Below, piece after piece: positions 55,933-64,000 of a DNA stretch of 64,000 nucleotides (the first letter of the stretch is position 1; every line of letters begins with the position of its first letter). The notes under the pieces were generated by a model, which was not told the origin of the DNA, searched no databases, and was given only the letters and a program-made list of their open reading frames with translations. The position numbers and the translations under genes are program-made. This DNA is from a virus. The stretch covers positions 1 through 64,000 of the IMG/VR virus record IMGVR_UViG_3300042197_004918. One strand, given 5' to 3'.

Positions 55933-56799
55933 ATGAAATACACATTTGAAGACAAACTTTTTTTAGTTACGGGCGGCAGCGGATTTTTGGGAAAACCTCT
56001 CGTTGAGAGGCTTTTGAAATCCGGTGCTCGCGTCAGAATATTAGCGAGGGACGAGGGAAAGCTCATCGAGACGAAACAACTATACCCATCGGTGGAAATT
56101 CTCACCGGAGATGTATCGGATGAATTCGAGGTTAAACAAGCAATGGTTGGGGTCAATGGAGTATTCCATTTAGCCGCATCGAAACACATTGGAATCGCTG
56201 AAAAACAAGTCCGTGAGTGCATCAAATCAAACACGATAGGTTCCATGAACATCCTATCAGAATCGCTTGAAAACTCTAACCTTGAATTTGTTATAGGCAT
56301 TAGCACTGACAAGACCGCACAAGTATCTGGGGTTTATGGGGCGTCTAAGTTTTTGATGGAACGTCTGTTCAAACAGTATGAAAGATTGAATCCGACGTGC
56401 GATTACCGAATAGTCAGATACGGAAACGTATTATACTCCACGGGGTCTGTATTGTGTAAGTGGAAGGATTTGATACAAGATGGGAAACAGATAACCATAA
56501 CTGACCCGAGAGCCACTAGGTTTTTTTGGACGGTTGACCAGGCGATAGATTTAATCTACGATTGCTTGACTAATGCCAAGGATGCCTCTCCGTATGTGCC
56601 GACCATGAAAGGTATGAACATGGAGAATTTGTTGCTGGCGATGGAGCAGAAATACGCGCCGAATGATGCACCGATGCCTCCCTGGAATATAATCGGACTT
56701 CAACCTGGTGAAAATCTACACGAAAAGATTTTAGAAAATGGATTGAATTCAAGCGAAGTCGAACAATACACCATTGAAGAAATTAAACAACTTATATGA
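55933..56799 (+). CDS. UDP-GlcNAc 4,6-dehydratase (PseB/CapD-like)
   Basis: VTGGSGFLG, HLAASKH, ISTDK, YGASK, VRYGNV, TRFF, QPGENLHE; TATTTAGT at 55918. Confidence 0.85.
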   Translation: MKYTFEDKLFLVTGGSGFLGKPLVERLLKSGARVRILARDEGKLIETKQLYPSVEILTGDVSDEFEVKQAMVGVNGVFHLAASKHIGIAEKQVRECIKSNTIGSMNILSESLENSNLEFVIGISTDKTAQVSGVYGASKFLMERLFKQYERLNPTCDYRIVRYGNVLYSTGSVLCKWKDLIQDGKQITITDPRATRFFWTVDQAIDLIYDCLTNAKDASPYVPTMKGMNMENLLLAMEQKYAPNDAPMPPWNIIGLQPGENLHEKILENGLNSSEVEQYTIEEIKQLI

Positions 56800-57461
56800 A
56801 AATTGTTCAAATAGGAACAAACTCCGGATTTGACACTACAAATAGATTTTTGAAGTCATACGCTCTCACATACGATGTGAGTATGGATTTGGTCCTTCTA
56901 ATAGAACCTCTTAGAAAGTTGAATGCCAATATAATTTCCAATTATCAGGGGATGAATAATGTTCATATAGAAAACGTCGCTATAGTCAGTAATAATGACA
57001 CTAACTTTGTAGATTTTTTTTGCAATTTCTCTAAAGTCGGCCTTGACGAACACTCGTCGTTGAGTAAGTCACATCTTTTGTATAAAATTGGAAAAGACAG
57101 TGGACACGTTGAAGAAACGGTTGAAAAAATAACAGTTCCATGTGAAACTATAATGTCTATGTTGAACAGACATTTTGTAAAACATTTAGATATTCTTTTT
57201 ATTGACGCCGAGGGTAGTGACGGTGACATAATTATGTCTATAGACTTTGCATCTGTATCAATACACACAATTATTTACGAGGATCGTTTCCTTGAAACGG
57301 AGATGTCCAAAAAAATACAATCTTTATTAAAAGACAAAGGTTACTCTTCTTATTTGTTATCCAACGGTGATGTAATTGCTACAACTTTGGATATATACGA
57401 GAATCACATTATTCACCATTTATCCTCTGTTTATAAATCTAATTTTGAGACGAAAATATGA
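56796..57461 (+). CDS. FkbM-family methyltransferase
   Basis: VQIGTN.G, LIEP, NVAI, LFIDAEGSD. Confidence 0.8.
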   Translation: MKIVQIGTNSGFDTTNRFLKSYALTYDVSMDLVLLIEPLRKLNANIISNYQGMNNVHIENVAIVSNNDTNFVDFFCNFSKVGLDEHSSLSKSHLLYKIGKDSGHVEETVEKITVPCETIMSMLNRHFVKHLDILFIDAEGSDGDIIMSIDFASVSIHTIIYEDRFLETEMSKKIQSLLKDKGYSSYLLSNGDVIATTLDIYENHIIHHLSSVYKSNFETKI

Positions 57462-58282
57462 AAATTCTTATATTGGGCGGAAACCGGTTCATAGGAAAGA
57501 AACTTGCTTCGAGATTATCCATAGAGGGTCACGATGTAACAGTGTTGAATAGAAGCGGCACCGGTCCAGAGGGGTGTGAAATCATAAAATCAGACAGAGA
57601 CGGGCTATCTAAAGTCGATAACGATTTTAACGTGGTCATAGATTTCTGTCTATTCAAACCGGCCCAAGCAGAAGCTTTAAAGTCTTTCCTAAAGCCTACC
57701 CAACATTATCTGTTTGTAAGTAGTGCAGCCGCATATTTAGATGATAATCGTCAGTGTTATGACGAGAGTATGAAAATCGGCGGGAGGGCTGGTTTTGGAG
57801 ACTACGGTAAAGAGAAGGCTGAGTGTGAATCCATAATATCAAACTCCAGTGCATACGAACTCATAGTTCGCCCACCTTATATCGTTGGGAATGATTGCCC
57901 TCGGCCCCGACTTAGGTTTTACATAGAGAAGATTTTGTCTGATGGAAAGTGTCCCGTCGCTGGTGACGGAAACGCTTTGTTTAGCATTGTATGGTCGGGA
58001 GATGTAGTGGATACTTTACATGATATGGTCGTCCAACCGTGGAAATACCTACATGGTTCCGCATACAACATATCATCATCTGACGTGTATTCTACGAAAA
58101 CCTTGATTAAGGAGATTGCTACATTTCTAAATCGTCCGTATGAAATTGTAGAAAACTCCAAGGACGTCCCGTTCTTGAATGAAAATTTGATAACATCTCC
58201 GGTCAAATTAAACAGAAAATTTAAACCGATAAAATATAGACTAAAAGAGTTCTGTGAGTATAGTAGGATAAGTTATGAATAA
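57458..58282 (+). CDS. NAD-dependent epimerase/dehydratase
   Basis: ILGGNRFIG, SSAAAY, YGKEK, VRPPYIVG. Confidence 0.85.
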   Translation: MKILILGGNRFIGKKLASRLSIEGHDVTVLNRSGTGPEGCEIIKSDRDGLSKVDNDFNVVIDFCLFKPAQAEALKSFLKPTQHYLFVSSAAAYLDDNRQCYDESMKIGGRAGFGDYGKEKAECESIISNSSAYELIVRPPYIVGNDCPRPRLRFYIEKILSDGKCPVAGDGNALFSIVWSGDVVDTLHDMVVQPWKYLHGSAYNISSSDVYSTKTLIKEIATFLNRPYEIVENSKDVPFLNENLITSPVKLNRKFKPIKYRLKEFCEYSRISYE

Positions 58283-59417
58283 GTTACTAAGATCAAAACC
58301 ATACATTCCAGAGGAAACTATCCCATCCATAATGAGGAACTTGGAGGAAGTCATACGAAGCGGTATGTTCATTCAGGGGAAATACGTCTCACAGCTTGAG
58401 AAGATGTTCGCTGAATACTGTGGGACAAAATATGCTGTTGCAACAAACTCCGGTGCTACCGCATTGGAGGTCGCTTTAAGAGCAACCGGTGTAGAGGGGA
58501 AGAAAATCATTGTCCCGACCCAAACGTTCGTAGCGTCTGTAAGCGCCATAGTGAGGTCAAATAATATCCCCGTGATTGTTGATGTGGAGGAAGACACACA
58601 GAGTTTGAGTGCTAGGATTATTCGTGAGAATGTTGATAATGATGTTTTTGCTGTCATGTGGATTCATATGGCTGGCTTTATAAGTCCGGATTATTACAAC
58701 ATAAAGAAGTTGTGTGATTCTCTTGGGATTCTTTTAATTGAGGACGCATCTCATGCTGTAGGAGCTTCCATAGATGGAATTAAAGCTGGAAACCTTGGTT
58801 TCGCAGGATGTTTTTCATTGTTTGCCACCAAGATTATAACAAGTGGTGAGGGTGGAATCATAACCACCAACGATCACCAGTTCGCGGAGGAATGTAAGGT
58901 GATACGAAACCACGGTTGCGTCCGAAATCCCGCACCTTACGAGGGGATTGATTTTGGAGTAAACTGCACCTATGCGTCATCAAATTATAGGATGCCGGAG
59001 TTGTCGGCAGTGGTCGGTGTCAGTCAGGTTCCGATGATAGACCAGTTTGTGTTAAAGAGGAATTGCCTAGCCACTGCCTATGATTTGTATATTACGAATC
59101 CGAAGGTGACTAAACCGAAGATACCTTCAAACACGGTTATGACGTGGTGGCAGTATATAATTTCTCTTCCAGTTGGAACAAAGTTGGAAGAAAGGACGGC
59201 TCTTTGCACGGAGTTATTGAAAACACATGGTATTGCCACCGCAAATGCGTATTGGCCAGCCTGTCACGAACAACCTGCGTTTCTGAAGTATATAGATGGG
59301 CAGAAATACGAAGTCACCGACAGCCTCCTAAAAAGACACTTGTCGTTGCCACTTTATGTCGAAATGGATCTCGAACAGGTGAAGTATGTTTCTGATGTCG
59401 TCAATCACATTATATGA
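58275..59417 (+). CDS. DegT/DnrJ/EryC1/StrS sugar aminotransferase
   Basis: NSGATAL, TFVAS, IEDASHA, FSLFATKIITSGEGG, NYRM, LSLPL. Confidence 0.93.
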   Translation: MNKLLRSKPYIPEETIPSIMRNLEEVIRSGMFIQGKYVSQLEKMFAEYCGTKYAVATNSGATALEVALRATGVEGKKIIVPTQTFVASVSAIVRSNNIPVIVDVEEDTQSLSARIIRENVDNDVFAVMWIHMAGFISPDYYNIKKLCDSLGILLIEDASHAVGASIDGIKAGNLGFAGCFSLFATKIITSGEGGIITTNDHQFAEECKVIRNHGCVRNPAPYEGIDFGVNCTYASSNYRMPELSAVVGVSQVPMIDQFVLKRNCLATAYDLYITNPKVTKPKIPSNTVMTWWQYIISLPVGTKLEERTALCTELLKTHGIATANAYWPACHEQPAFLKYIDGQKYEVTDSLLKRHLSLPLYVEMDLEQVKYVSDVVNHII

Positions 59418-60109
59418 AAACCGTAGGAATCCATCAGCCTAACTATCTCCCTTGGTTGGGATACTTTGACAAAATTGCCAAAAGCGATACGTTTGTTGTA
59501 TTCGATAATGTTCAGTTTCCGAGAGGGAAACAACACTTCGGTCATAGAAACTTGATAAAATCTCCATCCGGTGAAGGAAAGTGGTTAACTGTTCCTCTTG
59601 TCGGTAAGAGTGACATGAAGAATTTCAACGAAATTGCAATAAACTACAATGGGTGGAACGACGACCATTTGAATCTTATGAAGTCGTATTATGCCAAAGC
59701 ACCTCATTTCAAGACATATTTTCCGCACATCGAGAATAAATTGAAAGTTCAATACACAACCTTATCGGAAATGAACGTGGAATTGATAAAGATGTTTTTG
59801 GGTTTGATGGAAATAAACACCGAAGTAGTTCTGTGTTCAGATTTGTGTAAGGATGAAGTTTCGGGTGGAGATAGAATAATGCATCTACTAAAGAAGTTGG
59901 GTGCAACTCACTACATTTCGGGAACAGGTACTGGCTCAATGAGATACATAAACGAGGAATCGTTCAAAGCCAATCAAATAGAACTTCGGTGGCAACACTA
60001 CCAACATCCACACTACACTCAACTTTTCGGAGAGTTTAAGGAAAATATGTCCATTGTGGATTTGATTTTCAATCGTGGAAAAGATAGCCGAGAAATTTTG
60101 GTAAATTGA
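59414..60109 (+). CDS. wbqC: WbqC-family protein (putative N-glycyltransferase)
   Basis: IHQPNYLPWLGYFDK, DNVQF, HRNLI, YISG, YTQ, SIVDLIFN. Confidence 0.9.
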   Translation: MKTVGIHQPNYLPWLGYFDKIAKSDTFVVFDNVQFPRGKQHFGHRNLIKSPSGEGKWLTVPLVGKSDMKNFNEIAINYNGWNDDHLNLMKSYYAKAPHFKTYFPHIENKLKVQYTTLSEMNVELIKMFLGLMEINTEVVLCSDLCKDEVSGGDRIMHLLKKLGATHYISGTGTGSMRYINEESFKANQIELRWQHYQHPHYTQLFGEFKENMSIVDLIFNRGKDSREILVN

Positions 60110-60110
60110 T

Positions 60111-60764
60111 ATGAAGAATGTAATGGCAATAGGAGCGCATCCTGACGACATTGAATTTGGTTGTGCAGGGACACTGATTCGTCACCGAGAGGTTGGCGAT
60201 ACAATCGTCTATGTGTGCATGACCGATACGGAGTCCCAGGACGGGACAACGGGTGAGATAATAAGGAGTGCTGAACAAGTCAGAAACGAAACGGTTGCAG
60301 CAGCGAAGGAGATAGGTTGCACCACGTTGAAATTTCTTCCGTTCAAGGATTTACACGTTCCGTTCTCATTTCAATCGGTTAGTATGCTTGAATCCATAAT
60401 AAAAGAGTATAAAATAGACACTCTATATACACATTGGGCTGGAGATGCCAACCAAGACCATATAGCCACATTTAAGTCTACTATGGCTGCCGCAAGATAC
60501 GTTCCTAATGTATTTTGTTACGAACAGATACCTATATCGAGAATGACCGACAATCAGATGGAAATCAATTACTATGTCGATGTAGAAAAACAATTTGAAA
60601 AGAAGATACGTGCGGCGCTGTGTCACGAAAGTCAGATAAGGAAATATTCAAAAATAGGATTGGATGTTGAGGAAAATTTGACCACGTTGGCAAAATTTAG
60701 AGCGATACAGGCTAAGTGCAAATACGCAGAAGCGTTTAAAATCCTAAAAATGGTAAATCACTGA
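60111..60764 (+). CDS. PIG-L/LmbE family N-deacetylase
   Basis: AHPDDIEFGCAG, DANQDH, ALCHESQ, YAEAF. Confidence 0.9.
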   Translation: MKNVMAIGAHPDDIEFGCAGTLIRHREVGDTIVYVCMTDTESQDGTTGEIIRSAEQVRNETVAAAKEIGCTTLKFLPFKDLHVPFSFQSVSMLESIIKEYKIDTLYTHWAGDANQDHIATFKSTMAAARYVPNVFCYEQIPISRMTDNQMEINYYVDVEKQFEKKIRAALCHESQIRKYSKIGLDVEENLTTLAKFRAIQAKCKYAEAFKILKMVNH

Positions 60765-60767
60765 ATT

Positions 60768-61835
60768 ATGAATATCGAATTTGACGTAACACTGAACTGC
60801 AATTTTAGTTGTCTGAACTGTAATCGACACAGCAATTTCAACTCACTAACAAACCCATACGATTCGGAAAAATCTGCTGGGTTGAATTATTACGGAAACA
60901 CAAACGTTTCTCTTGAAGCTGTTGACAAACTTATCTCGGATATAAAGGAGAATAGGAACGTCGAGAAGATTCATATCATAGGTGGTGAACCACTCACACA
61001 CCCTAAGATTGACATGATAGTTGACCGATTGAGAGATGAATTGCTTGGCAATTATGTCCCCGATATTGTGATAATATCCAATCTCCATCCCAAGATGTTA
61101 AAAGCGGGAACGCTCGACACGCCTGAACAGTTTTTGAAGTTTTATCGTTTTGATAGACATGAACAAATAAAGTGGGGTTATTCACCGGAATTTCTTCCGA
61201 ATCTTCTAACATCCATAAAGAATTATATGAATTCGGAGAATGTGAGTGTAGAAAAATTCTCTGAGATGGCGAGTCTCATTAAAATCGAAGAATCTCCTAA
61301 TGGAGACATGAGCATCGCTGATATACTATCCAGAGTGAGGGCCTTTAGAGGGGTATTGGTGAGTAATTTTACTCCATTAGATGAGAAATCTGACGTTCAT
61401 AGATGTTCATTGGTATCACCGTATGACTCTGGTCAGGAGATGATTCCTCTTTGTAATATACCAAATCGTTGTGGAACCAATTATTCCTTCGATGGATATT
61501 GGCCGTGTTCCCAAGGAGCAGCCATTGCCCGTCTTTTTAATTTGAAACAGTTCAATAGAAAAGATATTCCCAAGTCATTTGAGGATTGGCCTGGTGTGGA
61601 TAAAAAAGGAAACGCTGCGGTTAACAAAAATTCTCCTATATGGGAACTGTGTAAACACTGTCAGTTGGCTGCCAAATCTAAGATGTTAGAAAAAGACCAC
61701 GGCCGGCCTATATCTGTGAGCTATAGAAAAGCTTTGGGTATAGAGGCAGGAGAAACCTCTAATTCCGAATATGTTGTAGCTGCACACAAGAAAAACCTCG
61801 CCTCATCAATATACTTAGACTCTGATAAAATTTAA
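60768..61835 (+). CDS. radical SAM protein
   Basis: CNFSCLNC (CxxxCxxC), GGEP, C-terminal Cys cluster including CKHC. Confidence 0.85.
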   Translation: MNIEFDVTLNCNFSCLNCNRHSNFNSLTNPYDSEKSAGLNYYGNTNVSLEAVDKLISDIKENRNVEKIHIIGGEPLTHPKIDMIVDRLRDELLGNYVPDIVIISNLHPKMLKAGTLDTPEQFLKFYRFDRHEQIKWGYSPEFLPNLLTSIKNYMNSENVSVEKFSEMASLIKIEESPNGDMSIADILSRVRAFRGVLVSNFTPLDEKSDVHRCSLVSPYDSGQEMIPLCNIPNRCGTNYSFDGYWPCSQGAAIARLFNLKQFNRKDIPKSFEDWPGVDKKGNAAVNKNSPIWELCKHCQLAAKSKMLEKDHGRPISVSYRKALGIEAGETSNSEYVVAAHKKNLASSIYLDSDKI

Positions 61836-61838
61836 ATT

Positions 61839-62447
61839 ATGCATACATTTTTACCAAAAAAACGACTGGACTCTTTATTAGCTGTAGCTAAAAGGTCGTC
61901 CGCTCTATCCGGCCAAATGGCCGAATTAGGTGTGGCCTACGGATATGTTTGTGAAGAACTGGCAAAATCTTACACCGACAAAACGGTTTATGCGTTCGAT
62001 ACCTTTGAGGGGTTTTCTTTATTGCCCGACAGTTATTTTAACGCATCACCGAATTTCGACGTTAAGATCTATAAAGAGAGATTTGAAAGAACTACTGAGT
62101 GGGATAAAAACTGGGGATCTGAATTTCCTTGGGAGAAAATTTTGGAAAACTTGAACCGATATTCAAACATAGTAGTCAAGAAGGGACTCTTTCCGGATAC
62201 AGCAGTAGGATTAAACGAGTCGTTCTGTTTCGTTCACCTAGATGTAGATATTTATAAAAGCACTCTTCTCGGCCTCGAATACTTTTACGAAAGATTGGTT
62301 CCCGGTGGAAGTATTGTTATTGACGATTATTTCGAGGAACATCGTTATCCCGGAGTTAAAGACGCGGTTGATGAGTGTCGTAAAAAATTTGACATAAAAC
62401 ACGTCGATGCAAGCGTGTCAGGTCAGGGTATCATAATAAAACCATGA
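61839..62447 (+). CDS. TylF/MycF sugar O-methyltransferase
   Basis: AELGV, FDTFEG, KGLFPDT, HLDVDIY, GGSIVIDDY, PGVKDAV. Confidence 0.9.
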   Translation: MHTFLPKKRLDSLLAVAKRSSALSGQMAELGVAYGYVCEELAKSYTDKTVYAFDTFEGFSLLPDSYFNASPNFDVKIYKERFERTTEWDKNWGSEFPWEKILENLNRYSNIVVKKGLFPDTAVGLNESFCFVHLDVDIYKSTLLGLEYFYERLVPGGSIVIDDYFEEHRYPGVKDAVDECRKKFDIKHVDASVSGQGIIIKP

Positions 62448-63388
62448 ACCTAAGTGTAAATCCTGAATTTGGTATAGAACTTACACTGGCGGTTCCCTAC
62501 GCACATTTCTTGCATAAGAATGGTCAATTAGAATCAGTGGAAACCTCAATGGGGATGAAACCGTTCTATTTTTTCTGTAAAGATGTCAGAGAGGTTTATC
62601 GGGGAAGAAGTTTAGATAATTTAGCCGCGTTAAAACAGGTTCCTAACAAATGGATACACCATAACGCCGAGGCAGTTCTGGGAAAAGATTATAGTCTCCT
62701 TACCGACGAAGAGAAAGCGTCTGTAAATGGGGTTCTTGACTACTCGGAATGGCTGCCGGTCGATTTCAAATCCCATTACAGAAACGAAGAATTCAAGTTT
62801 GATAAACCAATGGTCTTTGTGACCAATAAGTTTAATATAGAACATGGAGAAGTTCCAATGGGATACTTTGACATAGAATGTCTGTGTTGGATGTTCGACT
62901 TTTTTAAAAACAAAGGATACACAGTTATTTATAAACGGGCGACAAACCGAGAAACGGAATTTTCTAAGGATGCCAATGAAATTCAGTCTCTCGAAAATGG
63001 ATACGAAGACATATGCGCCGATGTTGCTGGTATAGGAGTCATTACCGACTTCCAGTTGACAAAATACTTTGATAATGTTATTCTCCTCTCTGATATTGTG
63101 GGAAAATCAAAACAGCCTTATAATGAAGTTCAACTGAAGGTTTTGGCTAACTGTGATAAGTTTGTAAGCGTATGTGGTGGAAATTCGATATTATCTTCCA
63201 TGTTCGGCGGAACCGTGATAAGTTACATTCATAAGGGAAAAGAACTCCGACCAAATTACTTTGGTGTAAATAGTTACTTCAGAAAGTTGTCAGGAGCAAA
63301 CGTAATACCTACAGTAGATAGAACAGTCATGTTTAACGGTGAACATGATTATTCTGAATTGAAGAGTGCAATAGAAAAGAATTTTTAA
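62444..63388 (+). CDS. putative glycosyltransferase-like protein
   Basis: EFGIEL, NKFNIE, QL...ANCDKFVSVCGG; glycan cluster context. Confidence 0.5.
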   Translation: MNLSVNPEFGIELTLAVPYAHFLHKNGQLESVETSMGMKPFYFFCKDVREVYRGRSLDNLAALKQVPNKWIHHNAEAVLGKDYSLLTDEEKASVNGVLDYSEWLPVDFKSHYRNEEFKFDKPMVFVTNKFNIEHGEVPMGYFDIECLCWMFDFFKNKGYTVIYKRATNRETEFSKDANEIQSLENGYEDICADVAGIGVITDFQLTKYFDNVILLSDIVGKSKQPYNEVQLKVLANCDKFVSVCGGNSILSSMFGGTVISYIHKGKELRPNYFGVNSYFRKLSGANVIPTVDRTVMFNGEHDYSELKSAIEKNF

Positions 63389-63391
63389 AAT

Positions 63392-64000
63392 ATGAACATT
63401 AGCTTCATTCAACCATCGCGGGACAATCTGAAATATCTTAAATGGTCTTACGACGCATTAAGAACCAATCTCAGTCACAGAAATCACGAGATATGCGTTG
63501 CCGACGATTTTAGTTCCGATGGAACGGAGGAGTGGTGTAAGGAGATGTCGGAAAAAGACCCACACTTTAAATACATTCGTAATAATGGCCCTAAACGAGT
63601 TGGACATACAATTCTTTACGATAGATTGATAAACGAAGTTGCCACTAATGATGTGGTGATGATTTATCATGCGGATATGTGGGCGTGCCCAAACTTCGAC
63701 CTAGCGGTGGAGAAACACATCAAGCCTGGGACGGTTGTAAGTTTGACCAGAATAGAACCACCGTTGCACCCACCGGGTCCAGAAAAGATTGTTGCGGGAT
63801 TTGGAACCGAACCGGAAGATTTTGACCCAGAGAAGTTTTTGACGTGGTTTAAGTCGCTCAAGAATACATACGAAAACGTCACCACAGAAGGAATCTTCGC
63901 TCCTTGGGCAATATACAAGGCAGATTTTCAATCAATCGGTGGTCACGATAAACTCTTCGCTCCACAGTCTAAGGAAGATAGTGACATCTTTAACAGATTT
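63392..64000 (+). CDS. GT2 glycosyltransferase (3' truncated by window)
   Basis: ATG 63392: MNISFIQPSRDN, VADDFSSDGT, YHADM, IGGHD, KEDSD. Confidence 0.85.
   Translation, partial: MNISFIQPSRDNLKYLKWSYDALRTNLSHRNHEICVADDFSSDGTEEWCKEMSEKDPHFKYIRNNGPKRVGHTILYDRLINEVATNDVVMIYHADMWACPNFDLAVEKHIKPGTVVSLTRIEPPLHPPGPEKIVAGFGTEPEDFDPEKFLTWFKSLKNTYENVTTEGIFAPWAIYKADFQSIGGHDKLFAPQSKEDSDIFNRF

Noticed and set aside
1-64000. Stop-codon reassignment, since TAG ends only one called gene (49946)
   Set aside because: Core genes are full-length under the standard code with no internal TAG or TGA; this is codon bias only
45987-64000. Bacterial O-antigen locus from a host chimera or prophage flank
   Set aside because: Continuous with phage genes, shares the phage octamer and overlap style, and lacks wzx/wzy or housekeeping genes
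1-64000. tRNA, rRNA, DGR or retron elements
   Set aside because: No cloverleaf or T-loop patterns seen in the short intergenic gaps and no reverse transcriptase ORF; tRNAscan-SE or Infernal would be needed to exclude them fully

Overview
This window is a gene-dense, almost entirely plus-strand segment of a large T4-like contractile-tailed (myovirus) phage genome using the standard genetic code. All family assignments come from motif recognition in the translations; no searches were run. 1-17.9 kb is a tail module: a Ser-rich repeat fibre fragment, a freestanding endonuclease, tail sheath, tail tube, a gp26-like/tail chaperone gene with a probable +1 frameshift, tape measure and baseplate proteins, interleaved with a HAD nucleotidase and two nucleotidyltransferases. 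18-30 kb is replication: a short atypical family A polymerase, gp32-like SSB, RecA/UvsX, 5'-3' exonuclease, DnaB/gp41 helicase and class II ribonucleotide reductase. 30-42.5 kb holds a TM-PAS protein, a Mom-like enzyme, a MoxR AAA/VWA pair, two DUF4338 proteins, an Apyc1-like MBL phosphodiesterase, a clamp-loader small subunit, a dNMP kinase and a GT-B enzyme with a DNA-binding-like tail. 42.9-64 kb is a roughly 21 kb glycan pathway of about 10 glycosyltransferases (one split in two) plus PseB-like dehydratase, DegT aminotransferase, WbqC, PIG-L, radical SAM and three methyltransferases. Two promoter classes are visible: sigma70-like promoters, mostly with a 16-bp spacer, and a TATTTATA-type octamer just upstream of starts. 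The best candidate for a new system is five putative DNA-modifying proteins sharing a terminal acidic FF motif that resembles T4 sliding-clamp-binding peptides, suggesting replication-coupled DNA hypermodification. Other leads are the split GT-B, an AAGCA-repeat non-coding transcript or origin, a membrane-anchored PAS protein, and possibly virion-packaged nucleotidyltransferases.
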